A DNA stretch of 64,000 nt, from contig OZ038378.1 of assembly GCA_964036045.1 (NCBI GenBank), positions 20,336,001 to 20,400,000 of the forward strand, read 5' to 3'. Position 1 is the first letter of the stretch, and the number at the start of each line of letters is the position of its first letter. This document shows positions 1 to 12,660 of the stretch, piece after piece. Origin of the DNA: Eutreptiella sp. 'Long Island Sound 2002'. Lineage: Eukaryota > Protista > Euglenida. The position numbers and the translations under genes were made by a program. The notes beneath the pieces were generated by a model that saw only the letters and a program-made list of their open reading frames with translations, ran no database searches and was not told the origin of the DNA.

Positions 1-264
1 CATCCCCTTTATTGTCGCTGCCTCCAATGCGCACGCTCCACCATCCGCTCCATTCTGGTTCCCAGTTCCTGCTGTTCTGGTTGCCTCTCCTGCCTCGCTG
101 TGCCCCTCCTCCTTGTCTGGTGTGCTCGCCCTTGTACCTCCTGGTGTGGCTCCCGCGTTCTGTGTTGCTCCTCCCCTTGTCTGTTGGCGCTCTTGGGTGC
201 CCCTGTCGCGCACCCCCTCCTGTCCCACCCACCTGCCCCCCCGTACGAGGATTTCACATCTCCG
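1..264. repeat. Dispersed repeat (partial, runs off the window edge); inverted copy at 45361-45626
   Basis: Reverse complement of 1-264 aligns almost base for base with 45361-45626; the ORF track shows the same peptide HGDVKSSYGGAGGWDRRGCATGAPKSANRQ at both places. Confidence 0.9.
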
Positions 265-2899
265 TGCGACGTGGACTGTCCCATGCGCGGTTGGCTGGTC
301 ACGGCCCTGTTGCCACCCCCGTGGCGGGCACCTCCCGGCGCGCGGGGTGCTGCTCCCGCCCTTGTGGAGTACGTGGGCACCTTGTAGAGGGAGAGGGGGG
401 GGTGTTTGCTGATGGCTTGCTTGGTGTGCACCGCATTTGGTGGTTGCTGCAGTGCTCGCACCTCATGGTCCCCTTGTGTATTGTTGTGTGTCCTGTTGGG
501 GCTCGTCTCACTGCCGTGTGTGGGACGGCTCTGTGCCCAGTTGCTTTGCTGCTTGCGTTCCTCCCAATTTCGCCCCCCCCCCCATGAAAGGCGAACACGC
601 ACGTACACCCGGAAATAACAACCTGCATACTCGTTGAGCCAGGCACCCCCCACATCCCCACTTAAACTTCCACACAGCCCCACCTGGCGACCCCCTCATT
701 TTCGCCTGACTCCTCACGCATCCGCCCTGCCCCCCCCCCCCCCCCTTTCCGACAAGCTCCCCAGCCGTTTTTCCCCGACCCACCAGGGGTTCGGAATAAT
801 TTTTTTTCTTTTGTTCGGAAATATTCGGAAATGTTCGGAATGGTGAAAAAAACACTTTTCTGCCCTTCCTCGCGGTTTCTAGATGCTTGTTATTTTTATT
901 ATTGTTATTATTGTTCTTGGTGCCTTTTGGATGCGTACTGTTCAGCCCTGGTGCCTTCTGGACATTTGCTGTTTATGCATGGTGCCTTCAGGATGCTTAC
1001 TGTTACTTCCCCATGCTTTGTGGATGCTTGCCGTTTTTTGTACCACGGTTTCTCGGTTGTGATGTTTGGTTCCCTGCTTTGTGTTGCTTGCTGCAGTTAC
1101 TCAGATGGGAACTCATCAGGAGCAGACATGGATGTATGAAAAGGGCTACAAAACCAACACAATCCAATGACAGCAAATCAAAAGGAAAAGGCTGCAGATC
1201 AGACCAAAACCCCAAATTCGGAAAAGATTGGGAGATGTCGGAATACTTGAAATTCTCAGCTCTCACTCTGGTTTGGAAATGTTTGGAAAATTTCGGAAGT
1301 ATTCGGATCCGAACCAGTGGGAAACCCTGCAGTAACTGCCATTTTGGGCGATCCCAGCTTTGAACACGAACAAGTACCGTGCATGCCTCAATACTACCCT
1401 GCAGCAGAGGAGACGGCATATTGTGTCAATGCGGCTTTCTTGTGGAGTCTCAGGCAATTGGAAAACCTGGCGATTGCCCGCGCACTGCAAAGGCTTCATC
1501 CATGTGAATGCCCTCGACAAGGAAACACGATCAACAACCAGCCGCACAGAAGGCCACAAGACCCAGATGCAAAATTTTTGACAACGGCTGTTGACCATAC
1601 GAAAACACACACGGGCCCTAGTTTGTCCCGACCTTTGCTCGGATACACCAAAGGCCCTTGAGGCAAAATCGAAGCAATTGAACCCACTGGAAGGTGCCCA
1701 CTTGTACGCGTTTCGGCCCTGTCAGCTGCAAACAATCAACAACGCCAGATTTCCATTTTCCCATGGCCGCACACGTCCTCGCCCTCCCCTCTACGCTGCC
1801 TCTGGGCCCATACTTAAAAGGTGATGTTGCCGCTTGGGGCTTGGGGGCTGCTGTGGCCGTTGGCTGAGGCCTTGGTGCGTCGCCCGGGTACCCGCTTCTG
1901 CCTTTTCTGGTGTCCGCCGGGGGGTTCTTCGGCCTTGTCGAGGCAGATGCGGGGTCCTGCGCCGGGACAGCGCCCTGCGCAGGCACCGGGGCTGGCACCG
2001 AAGTCGCAGCGCCGCTGGCCTGCCCTGCAGCACTTGTGTGCAGGGCGCTGGGGGTGGCCTCACGAGGCGGAGGGTCCGCAGATAGAGACCTGCGGGTCGC
2101 CGGTGGGGACTGGGGAACTGCGTCTGCGGGGTGTGTGGGCTGAGAGCGTGAGCGGCGATGGCCCGTGGGTTCGGCGGCGCGCAGCGGCTGGAACGTCGGG
2201 CTGCTGAAAGCGTGGCCCATGGACGGAACGTTTGCCGTCTTGACGTGCTGGAGGCCCAAGGGTATTGGTGTGCACGGGACGCCTTGGAACGAGGATGAGC
2301 TTGGGAGAGGCACGCCTGGAACAGACAGAGACAGAGCGAAGGGTCCGGATGTAGGGATTTTGGTGTGTACAGAAGAGCGGATGAGCGTAAGATACAGATG
2401 CTAGTTTCGGACAACAGGCAGGCCGTGCCGGATGAAGGGAGTGTCTTGGGAGTCACCACTGACTACAACCGCTACCCCTTTGGAGGACCAAATTCGTGTT
2501 GTCCATCGTCACAGGGCCATAGTTAGCCTCCAATTTAAATTTGGCAACATCAACTGATCAATTGCACTCACATGAGAGAGGCATATCTCTCGGGGACGGT
2601 AACATTTGTGCCAACGCGGTGGGTTTTCAAGGGTCGGTGCCATTGTTGCCTCATTTGAGTCCGCTGGGTGTCCCGTAGGTAGGGTATATTCGGGAAGCCC
2701 TTGAAAAGGGCTATTTGGAGCACCCTGGGTCTGCATGCTGTACTGACAATACCTTTGAGATTTTCGTCCGTTTTGGACGGTGCATGTGTTGCTTGCTGCC
2801 TCCTTTGTCAACAGGCAGCCACCATGTCCGCATATCAATTCACTCCACGGGCTGTTGCCTCCCCAGATGCACCCCAGAAACCTTTGGTTCGCAAAAGAG

Positions 2900-3467
2900 C
2901 ACGCCCTAGGGGTGCAAGTTAGCCGGCGTACATCTGCCAGCCCAGCAAAAAGGCCTCGTACAACCGGTTCGCAGCAACCTGCATGCTCCCACAAGAAACA
3001 CGAGATTCTGACCACCGCAGAGGCCGCTTCTTTTGCAAGCCAATTTTGGGATCGTAAAGTGCACCCCATGAAGGCTTCACAGCATGAGTTCTTGGCCATG
3101 CATTGATGTTGATTTGGAGAAAAACGTCCAGCATGCACAGTCCCTGCCCTTGTGGAAGGGGGCAACAATGAGGACGATTCGGATTCCGAATAATCAGTGG
3201 TCCCTCGAGCATTGCTCCGTCTTGTGCATCGTCCAATTGCAGCTCCGTTTGCTCAAAAATGTGACCATCTACCCTCCCCCAGCCTATACATTTCTGAAAC
3301 GGCCTTTTCTCACAGATTTCAAAAAGTATACACATACCCTCCCGAAAGGGACGAAATTTTGGCGCATTGGACCAAAAGTTCACAAAACCCAGGAAAAAGG
3401 CCAAAACCCACTGCGTTGGCGCATACCGAATGTCCCGGAGAGATATGTTCTGGCGATGTAGATTCAT
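2900..3467 (-). pseudogene. Decayed transposase remnant, tentatively KDZ (Kyakuja-Dileera-Zisupton) type
   Basis: Across frameshifts the minus strand reads SKRSCNWTMH...IVAPFHKGRDCACWTFFS/PNQHQCMAKNSCCEAF/WGAL, loosely resembling the KDZ pattern YDxxC...FHxxxHxxxC...ExxW as I recall it. Several stops and frameshifts; matched by eye only. Confidence 0.3.
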
Positions 3468-6400
3468 GAGCTAGTGCTGCGCGCGGCTGGGGGGGGTTCA
3501 GGCGATTCCAGTTCAGTGCTGCCCCAGTTCACACAAAGGGATGGATCCCAGACCTGCATAGGGCTTGACAGCAACATATGTGGGCATGTTGGACCCTGAC
3601 CCAACCGACGTGTTGGACATCGCTGACTGACGCCGCGCTGGAGTTGTGGTGGGTTCTGGGTACATCGCCGGGAGCGAGGGCGGTCTGACCTCACTCTTGA
3701 TGTATGTTGGGGCCGCAGGCAGCCGTGGGGACACCACCCGGGTTTGGTGGTCCACTCCCGAGATGTGCCCAAACGATGCCTTCAGGGACGGCATGTTTTG
3801 GGACGGGTACATGCTGCGGGGTGACTGCTGGGTCTGATGGGAGTAAGGGATGTAGGAGGTGGAGTTCAACATGGAGTAGGAGGGGGCGGCTCCGGCCAAG
3901 GTGGCATGTCTCGAGAGCAGCGGGTGCACGGAGGTCTGTGCCGGGAAGGATGTGGAGTATGCGGGGGTTGGGTAGGACACTGGAACCCCGAGGAAAGGCT
4001 CCGTGAAGGAGAGCATGGTGCAGGATGCCTGTGGAGCACAGAGCAAACGAGAAGATGTCCTGCTGCTGCTGGAGGCACGCACTTGCCCTTCCACTTAAAC
4101 GGGGGGGATGTATCAGGGGGGGCATAACCTCGTGAAAGCGAGCTAAGAGTGGGAAGAAAAGATGATGCAAATTGGTGTACGCAGTGCAAAAACGCACTGT
4201 CAGAGCAAGAACCTACTGCACTGCATATCAGCTTTTCGGCCAGCTGTCTGCATGCACAGAGAACGGCATCAAGAGAGTGCATCAGGGGGGGTGTCTCAGG
4301 TACAGCCCTTGTCCCACAACATGTGTGGGACATGGTCCAGGTCCCAGAAAACAACGGTAACATGGGGTCACCATGCTTAGACAAGGTGCTTACCCTTGGA
4401 TATGAAAGGATGCATGTTGGGTACAGCAATGTTAGCCATGGCACTCCATGGCTCCTAATTGCATCGAAACCAATCGAAATGACTTGCACCCCAAAGCACA
4501 TTGTTGTGATGGGCTGAAACAAATGTTACATGCATTCTGGCCCCTCTATCCCTTGCTTTCTTCTTTCTTCTTGTTACATTCTTGTTACATTCTGAACCAC
4601 AAAAATGGCAGCCCGAAAAGGTTCATAGCAGGGGGTAGTGTCTTCAACACAATGCACGTGTGCACATCAGGAGGTGTGGAGCGAAAGTGGATCTCAGAGG
4701 GGCACTCTCATCCACCGATTGTAGAGAACCAGTACTTGTAAAACCAGTAGCCATGGGCGTTTCCACCACTTTGCGGGGGATTTTTTTCTCTCTTTTCTTC
4801 AACGCCCCATGAGTGACTCCCAATTGTGTGACAGAAAAAGCATACCACCTGCTCTTCAACATGAGCGGGAAACTGTGATTCCCACACCTTGACATAGCGC
4901 TGCAGTCAGTCAACCCGGACGCTCCGCTAACTGAACTTGGGGAGTCGTTTAGAGATGATGATATTGCTTTCCGCGGCAATCGCCCATTGCAGCTGCTGCG
5001 GTCCGCGTCATGATCTCGGTCGGCGGCATGCCGGTCATGACGCGGTGGTGGCGGGAGGTGACAAGGGCGACCGTGCCGCTGCCCGAGCGATAGGGATGAC
5101 CGAGATGGGGATGATCATCGGCAACCCATTACACGGTGCTTGATACCCACATACATCAAAGAAATCAGTACTAACAGCCTCACCGTGTACACTACTCTAC
5201 CATTGTTGCTTTCTCACTCCCCATTGAAAGACGCATCATCGTCAAAAGGTCCTTGGCTTGTCAGAGTCCCTACCTCTCTACAATACCCGCCTAAGCCTCC
5301 TCGTCTGCCCGGACTTGAGAAAGCGACAATCCCATGCACCTTACCCTCCAATCCCACATGGCCGTTGTCTTCCAATTTAATGAGCCCTCTCCTAGTGCAC
5401 AACGAAAACGGGATTGGCAGTTGGTGCATGGGCGAGGACCGACAACACACGAAGCCCCCTTGCACCCCCCTCTCTCGTGACCCCCCCCTCCCTCTGGGAT
5501 AAAATGAAGTAATGAGGGTAGCACTTGCGGTGAGCAAATTGCATAACATCCACCCGCAATCACAAGTGAAGAGCGTAGCCAATCCAAAATTCACGCGTGG
5601 TCTCCATGGTTCGATGCCATGCTCCATGCATGGACCTCCACTCCTGGTGAAATTGAGGGACCATTGCAAGCATTGAGCAAAGCACACTTGAGTGTCTCTT
5701 GCTTTGCTTCGTGCTCCAGCTTCCAATGGACGTTACAAAATTGTCGCGGGACGTTGAACTTCAAATGTTGGGTGCAATCCTTTCATGGCAAACCCCGACC
5801 CTCGAGTTGGGCCTTCAACAATGACGTGGTTTCTTCAATCAATGCACCGCAAGCGGTTGGCAGTGGATCTGCTTTGCACAAAGTACTCCGAGAAGCGTAC
5901 GTGCTCGCCGGTCCCCCCAAGTATGTGCGGGTATATGGGATGGACGGTAAGCTCCCCCAAACCATTCTCGTTGCCTAACTTTTGGTTAGTTGTCATCCAA
6001 CTACTAACTACCATTGCTTAGTACTATAGTAGTTGGTACCCCCCCCCCCCCGACAACAGTACTGGTGCTCTTAATTTTTTGCTCCTAGGAAATTTAGCCG
6101 TGTTGCATAGATGGGGGCATTTCAACCGTGTCACTTGTGGGTTCGGGGTGTGTGCTCCATGGGTCCATGTGTCAACAAATCCCTCCTGTGTCCAGCGGTT
6201 ACCCATGAGTGAAAATGACAATGTCCATTTGGAACAATTGGTTGATGTCATGCAACCAACAATCACACAAGACCTCGTTCTTTTAATAGCCAAGGTAAGT
6301 GTGCTTTCTGCCTTGAGCGGCCAAAAAGAAATTATGCACAATTCAAGATGTTCACGTGTCTGTCTTTGTTTTGTGGTGCAATTTGGGCTCGTCCATGGGG

Positions 6401-6699
6401 ACCCCCGCTGTGTGCATATCTCTGAGTGTGAACCGTGTCGCTTATGACAGCTGTGTCTCTTCACACTTTTTTCATCCCCCCAAAGGTGAATCAACCGTGT
6501 CACTTCTCGAGGGGGAATTACTGGTACCGTTGTCGGGGGGGGGGGGGAGTACCTTGCCTCCACCACCCTCGTAATTTCAAAAACCAAGTGACATGCTTCC
6601 AATTTACGTACCACTCTGGTTGTTGTTGTGATGCATGTTGAATATTTGGGGTTGATTCACTGCCACTTTCAAGGCACTGGGCATTTGTTTGGACCGTTG

Positions 6700-7350
6700 G
6701 TTTTCCTTGGGTGTGCAAGGTGCATGGATTGATGGAGGGGGTAATCGACACCTTTCCCCGAAAGCGTCTTGGCATGCTCCTTTCCCTTTCTACCTGCGAT
6801 AGCGAGGATGGCCCCCACCTACATTTTGGGCATGGTGTAAAGGAGTTGTGCCATTCATTATAGCCACAAACATGTTCAAGCTCACTATTTTGAGGGCTCC
6901 TTGTTTGAGGGCTTTGTTGTTGTGATTGTGGTGCTATTTGGCATGCCTTTGTATTTCGCTGGTTGGTGCATGAACTCACGATTCGTAGCGTTTGAGGAGT
7001 TGGTGCTTGTTTGCTCTACTAAAGTGATGGAACCAAAGCCCACAATTTGCTTGCCTACGTAGATGCACAAGCTGTGAAGTGGGATTTGCACAGTGCCGTA
7101 CGTGACCGTTGAAAGCAACAGGTGATTGCGGGCGAAAGCCCACCAAGTGAGAGTGCATTGAGCGCACACCACGTGTGGTTCAACATCTAAAACAACGGCC
7201 ATACTTAGCCCTTGCTTCGCCGCACAACATGCGCCACATGTCGTAATAGAGGTGTGGCTCTTGCCGTTTGACAAAGTATTGGCGCTGATGGCTTTTATTT
7301 GACTTGGGAATATGGTATCAACACATCCATCACCGCAGACACATTACCGA
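6700..7350 (-). pseudogene. Cysteine-cluster (zinc-binding) coding remnants, probably transposon-derived
   Basis: Frames give CVCGDGC...TTCGACC...HVVCAQC and HVCG...CPKC; no intact start or full domain is recognisable. Confidence 0.25.
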
Positions 7351-8886
7351 AAGCAGCTCCATGGAAATTGCACAGATGGGATGCACTGCATTACCTTGCA
7401 CAAAAACACTCGCATTTGCACAAAAATACTCTGTAGCGTACGGAAGTACGTATGTCCATTGACATGTGCCATGCGTGCATCAACATGCACACAACGCCAT
7501 GGGGTGTCAAATGTGGAACCCGCCGCTCACGAAAGAATCTTGGGCAAAAAATAACCGCTCAAAGAGCGCCACGGCCGTCAACATGAGCCGTTTGAGCTAG
7601 CTCATTGTTGTGATTCGTGTGCGCAATTTTTGCGAAGATCATAACCCATTGATTGATTTGGCCTTCTTGCCCCAAAATTACCACGAGGAAGTCCACTGCG
7701 ACAATCGAGTTTGCAGATGAAGGGCGCTTTCGCCTACCCGAACGAATTCGCCAGCATGGATGAGATGAACACGTCCCCTAGTATTTAAAGTATTCAGTGG
7801 TGGGGTGATAGAAAAAGTATTTTTGCATGCCTGCCCTCGCCACCTCCTAAGTCAAGGGTGTACGTTGTGTTGGCCCAACAATTGGTTGCTTGCGTTGCTT
7901 CCTAAGGTTTGTTGCTTTTCCTCCACCTCTCCCGACAATCATATTCATGGGGGCGTCCTTCCATGTGAAATAGCTCTCAAAAAGCTCTTGCAAAATAGGC
8001 AAAAAGATCGGTTCCAAAAAGCGGTGCACATGCACACACACAATCGTTCAACCGCAAGCAGTGCGCATGTGCATGCATCCACAACTAGTTTACCTGACAT
8101 TACCCTAAACTAGTCCGGGAAAAATGGGGAGTGGAATACATGATGCAATGTATCGTCCCAAAAGCTTGCATAGACATCCCTAAGGATAACCCGCTTACGG
8201 ATTGACCACCATCCTCCCACCCAACTTTCAACTCGGCCTCGTTGAACGTTTATTGAGATCATTATTGGGATTGTTTGTAAAACTCAATCAGGTACCAAGG
8301 GTAACAAGCAGGGCGACTAGTGCGTTGTCCGAGCCTAATAGATCGGCGAGCGCCCATACCGGTGCTCAAATGTCGGGAGGGGTTAGCGGGTACTAGGCGA
8401 TGTGGCTCAGCAATACGTGAAGCATCTTGGTTATTGGTTTTGAAAGGATGGCGCAGCTCAACACCCCAACTTATTTCGCGGATTGCACAAACCTCCGCAA
8501 AAGTCAACGAGTGAGGTGTTGAGATATGCTGAAGATGTCACGTGAGTGAAGTGGAGTGGTAGGTCAAATACACGTTGTGATAACCAAACTGTGTAGCGAC
8601 TTGCTTGTTTAGTAATGGAATTTTGGATCGCCTCCCGAGAGTTGGGTTACATGGTTAGACTTGGAAAGGGTCAAGGTTCGGGGTCCGTTTTCACCTCGGA
8701 GCTTGTGGACGCAAACATCCGCGGTTGATAGCGAGGACCACATTAATGTTTTCTCAAGAGAAGGTTCTCGTTAGAACTACACCATAGAACCTCCTTCGCG
8801 CCAGGGTGCAAGCTTGACAACGGTAAAGTGGTCGGCAATGGTAGCAATGCACGTGGATTAGTAGCACTAGTGGGTCGCATTCCTCG

Positions 8887-9147
8887 TCAACCTTTGGTTC
8901 CGGATAGCTGGTTTGCGATTTTGCTCAAGCCTGACAGCAACGTATCAAGCGTCTCTTTGTCAAACTCGCAATGAATTTGCTCGGTTGCTTCCACACTATC
9001 CACCTTCTTTGGTGGTGGTTGTATTTCCAATTGCACAATAGCACTTTTTTGGTTCAACCTTCTTTGCTCGCTGCTTGAACGTCCGAGGTCGACCCTCCAA
9101 TCCATCGAAACTAGCTTGGAAAAAGCGACACGTTGTTGCATGGCAAT
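8887..9147 (-). pseudogene. COMMD9: COMM domain (C-terminal exon of a COMMD9-like gene)
   Basis: IAMQQRVAFSKLVSMDWRVDLGRSSS...IVQLEIQ...HCEFDKETLDTLLSGLSKIANQLS* matches the COMMD9 C-terminus (LVDLDWRVD...ELSKETLDTMLDGLGRIRDQLS). Preceded by a 76-nt GT-AG intron (9223-9148, donor GTAAGT). The upstream exon ends in W-R but has an in-frame TGA 10 codons earlier. Confidence 0.8.
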
Positions 9148-9915
9148 CTATAAAAGCTAGGCGCAGAAGAGCGGTGAAGAAGGGACGCACCGGCAACCGT
9201 TCCCACGACATGTCACCACTTACCCTCCAGCCCCATTTGCACGACGCATCAATTCACCAAGTGCCACCAGATGAGGTACGAAAAACACTCGGATTGCCAG
9301 AGGAATGACAATTTTTAGCCAAATGGCGACCCGCAGCCCAGACGGGTAATCGCGTGCGCAGTGCCTGCCGTGATACGTTTGCAATTAAACCACCCCACCC
9401 CTGGACATTAAGTCGATTCGGGTTTCTGCACGATCCGTGCATATAGTTATGTAGAGAATTTTAATGCAGATCGATCGATGCTAAATTTCTAGCACTTTCG
9501 TGGCCGTTTTGATGGATTTCGTAATTTACAGGGTTGTAGAATCTCGAATTTTTTGTGTCGACTATATCAATTAGAAGACTGTTAGTTGTTTGCTAGTTGT
9601 TTGCGAGCGTTTCCGACACCATTTGTCGTGTTTCGCAATGACTGACTGTATCGCACGTGAATGGCTAAGTACACATGAATGGCTAAGTACACATAGCGCT
9701 TAGACATACCCGTAGACATACAGACGCACGCGCACCATTTTCCAAGTGCTTTTCGGAAAAGGCAAAAATGGAACGTTGCATCTGCACAAATTTGAAGCCG
9801 TGCAGCAAATTTTTATAACGGCCAGCATAAGGGGCATCATCTGCATCGCTTTTCAGCAGCAAAATGTGTGACTCCTCATCTTAGCCCAACTACTCCCTTG
9901 ACTACGAGCCATTCC

Positions 9916-10630
9916 ATGAACCATTGACATCTGCGGCAAATGAGTCAGCAGACGATCAAGAGGTCCCTTCATACCTCCATGAACCATCTACTGCAGATGA
10001 CGACAACGACGTCTACAATGCATCCTCGGGTGAGTCGGATGTGCCAGAAGAAAAATTTGATGATGAAGATGACGACTTGAAAGATATCCCCAACGAAGGA
10101 GATTGGGCCCCGGTCCCCGGTGTCATCGCTGGCTACGATCGGGATACAGCCATTGCGACTGTACTTCAATGGGCCGATGATAATGGCCTTGTTGTTAGCC
10201 CTTGCGCTCCTTTCTTAATCGTTGGGTTGATAACTTCTTGGACAGTTGGCGCGTGTGGGTTGCGCAAAGGGAACAGATGAAATTCAAGTTGACTGTGGAT
10301 TTCTTGAAGTTGCAAGTGGGGGAGGCCAACAAGGTGCCGAAATTCGACATGGTGCATGTCATTCGACTGCCTTCGTTTGAGGGTTGGTTGCGCACCAAAG
10401 TGATTGGAAGATGGTGTCCACTTTGCTTGGCTTTGCGGGTACTCCGGAGTATGCTGATGAGGAACCCATGGAATCCCAACACGCTGACCATAACCGCATC
10501 CGTGTACGGTCGAAGCAATGCGTGAATCAGAAAGTTGCTATGCTTCACAGCGTGAACACCTTGTTGGTGTGCAACAATGTAAATTGTTGCATTACTGCTG
10601 GCAAGCTCTGGGACGAGCTTGGGTGAAGAG
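9916..10630 (+). pseudogene. Frameshifted ORF remnant with acidic N-terminus, unknown family (probably TE-derived)
   Basis: Three overlapping ORFs (9924-10280, 10202-10525, 10384-10626) read as one protein-like chain across two frameshifts; D/E-rich start. Confidence 0.4.
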
Positions 10631-10779
10631 GATTGAGCTTAACCCTAAGTAGAGCCAATGTGGTGTTGCGGAGGGCCCGACCCTAGCCCTAAATGATGGT
10701 TTCCTACTCTTTTGTTTGGTACAAGGGAGAACTCTATGATAATGGTGGGCCCTTTGGGAGAAAAAGCAAATTTTGGAGA

Positions 10780-10803
10780 CCCTAACCCTAACCCTAACCC
10801 TAA
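10780..10803. repeat. Interstitial telomeric repeat (CCCTAA)4
   Basis: Four exact CCCTAA units; single degenerate units nearby at about 10640 and 10685. Confidence 0.85.
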
Positions 10804-10879
10804 TGACACATTTGTGGGGGGCAAATCGGACTATGCATGTGATTGCAATGGTTGAAAGGCATTGGACGATCATTTATGT

Positions 10880-11300
10880 GCACTAAATCGAAGAAATTGA
10901 CATTACATTGTGTCCTACATTGTTGCATGATGTGAGCATTTGTCATTTGAGAGGGATTTGGACAGGGCAGGGTGCTGGGATTGCCATCCGTCACGATTTT
11001 GCGCGGAAAACCACCCCTAACACTAGGGAAGTGTGAAGAGATTGCATTTTTATCATCCCGTAGGGTCCCTTGGGCCATCCGCATCATCTCTTCACACTTA
11101 GACTTTTTGTCCGGGATTCCTTGATTTGGTGGGGTAGTGATTAGGTGATAGGTTTGCAATTGTGGGACCCATTTTTGGAACGCCTTTCATGCAATTTTAT
11201 TCACATTGCCATGGAGAAGCAAGCATAATCCAAATAACGACACAATTCGAGCACCAAAACCAACCACTCAAATGCAAGTTGCTTCATGAAACTGTCCGGC
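10880..11300 (-). pseudogene. Possible Mutator/MULE-type transposase remnant
   Basis: Reads VVGFGARIVSLFGLCLLL...GGFPRKIVTDG...AHIMQQ, reminiscent of MULE FG.ALL, GG.P.xIxTD and WHIMQN. Spacing is imperfect and stops are present. Confidence 0.3.
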
Positions 11301-11468
11301 TGCCTAGCTGCCCACATGGCCCGGCAGCCTTATGGTTGCTTGTTACCTTTTGGATTCTTTTGAATTGTGTTGGGAAATTTGCTCTACAATTTTGAAGGGA
11401 ATGGTTGTTGGTTGCGCGTAAGCATTGGCACCTAGCTCAACACAATGTGTGGAAAGTTTAATACTGCG

Positions 11469-11630
11469 TCAGGACAGCACAACCCCAAGCCATCAACAAC
11501 TCTCCGTACTGTCGCAAACTGTACTAGATCCTTGACAACACTCAACAAAAGACCAGTGATGATGCCACGGCTTCCACCTGAACAACATCCAGACCAACCT
11601 CCGAAAACAGAGCTCTAGAAGCCACCCACC
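11469..11630 (+). repeat. Dispersed ~160-bp direct repeat, copy 1 (copy 2 at 26852-27013)
   Basis: caggacagcacaacc...cagagctctagaagccacccac occurs at both sites with few differences. Confidence 0.9.
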
Positions 11631-12244
11631 CACCAGGATGCTCGTGGTGGTGTGATGAGTTCCAATGAAGCCAACCCTTGCGCCACACTTCTTTTGGTGT
11701 TGCTCTAGGTTGGGGACCCCGTCATATTGTCCACTGCTGCTTGCCGGCATGAAAACACACAGCCCGAGGTGCACAATGCGAGTGAACGTGCAATCTCCTT
11801 GATTAGCTAGACTAGTACTTGTCCAGCCAAGTGGCACAAGACTGGTCGTCCGTTGCCTTGGTTCGAGGGGGGCACGCAAATGCCGGAGACCCGTTTGTGG
11901 ACCCACCTATATCGCCTCCGAAGTGACCTAGGGTTGACTTGTGTGTACCAATGCATGCACGTTGCATGTGCTTTAACGGCTTTGTACAAGGCTCAATCAA
12001 CAGTTAGAAGGCGAACTTGTGTGGCATCAAAAATTTGTTTGCGTCTCCACACCGCATGAAATGAATGCTCCATTGTGATGTTTGCCCGTCCCTTTGCATT
12101 GTGCCCATGATCAAGCACGTCCGGCGACAGCTATGTGGACCCACCCATGTCGCCCTAGAGGCGTTTCACTTTCTCTCAACCTCTCATGCATGGGCAACTT
12201 TTGGCGCATTATCTTGGACGGCAAGATCCCGAGTTTCTATACAA

Positions 12245-12365
12245 TAATTGTGCCTATGCCACGGGATACAGGCAGATATCCGTGGCATTAGGCACAATTC
12301 TTATATCCGTGGCATCAGGGCCCGAGGATATCGGCAGATATCCGTGGCATATGCCACGGGATAGA
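12245..12365. repeat. Palindromic GATATCCGTGGCATATGCCACGG repeat cluster (left)
   Basis: Several copies of atatccgtggca / tgccacgg; a hairpin of about 19 bp at 12245-12299; 12301-12356 is the inverted copy of 13436-13489. Confidence 0.9.
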
Positions 12366-12457
12366 TGCGCCCAACCCTTCCCTTTCCCTCATTGCATACT
12401 TGAGCCATGCACAACACAACAATTGAGGACGCCAACAATTTTGGAAAGTTTTGTGGA

Positions 12458-12597
12458 TAGACGTCCAAGTTGGAGCTCTACACAATGTGCTCTCTATCGA
12501 TGCAAAAATGTGATGCCAATCTGTATGTAGACGTCCAAGTTGGAGCACTACACAATGTGCTCTCTATCGATGCGAAAATGTGATGCCAATATGTATG
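12458..12597. repeat. 70-bp tandem duplication
   Basis: tagacgtccaagttggagc...tgtatg occurs twice with period 70 and 3 mismatches. Confidence 0.95.
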
Positions 12598-12660
12598 AAA
12601 GGAACATTGTTCCCTACACTTAGCCATAAATAAGCAAGTATCATGAGGTCATGGTGCCAA

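Noticed and set aside
6197-6294. Apparent + strand exon with a cag acceptor and gtaagt donor
   Set aside because: No partner exons or recognisable homology; cannot be supported as a gene.
6885-7350. TS..TC..C / C..C..TW / ARNHLL resembling a TnpB/Fanzor zinc finger and RuvC-III
   Set aside because: The catalytic Asp (RDxNA) is absent and no RuvC-I or RuvC-II motif is found upstream, where the frame instead has another Cys cluster and a stop.
11040-11200. HLITTPPNQG..., like a retroviral integrase segment
   Set aside because: It lies upstream of the KIVTDG motif, the reverse of the integrase order.
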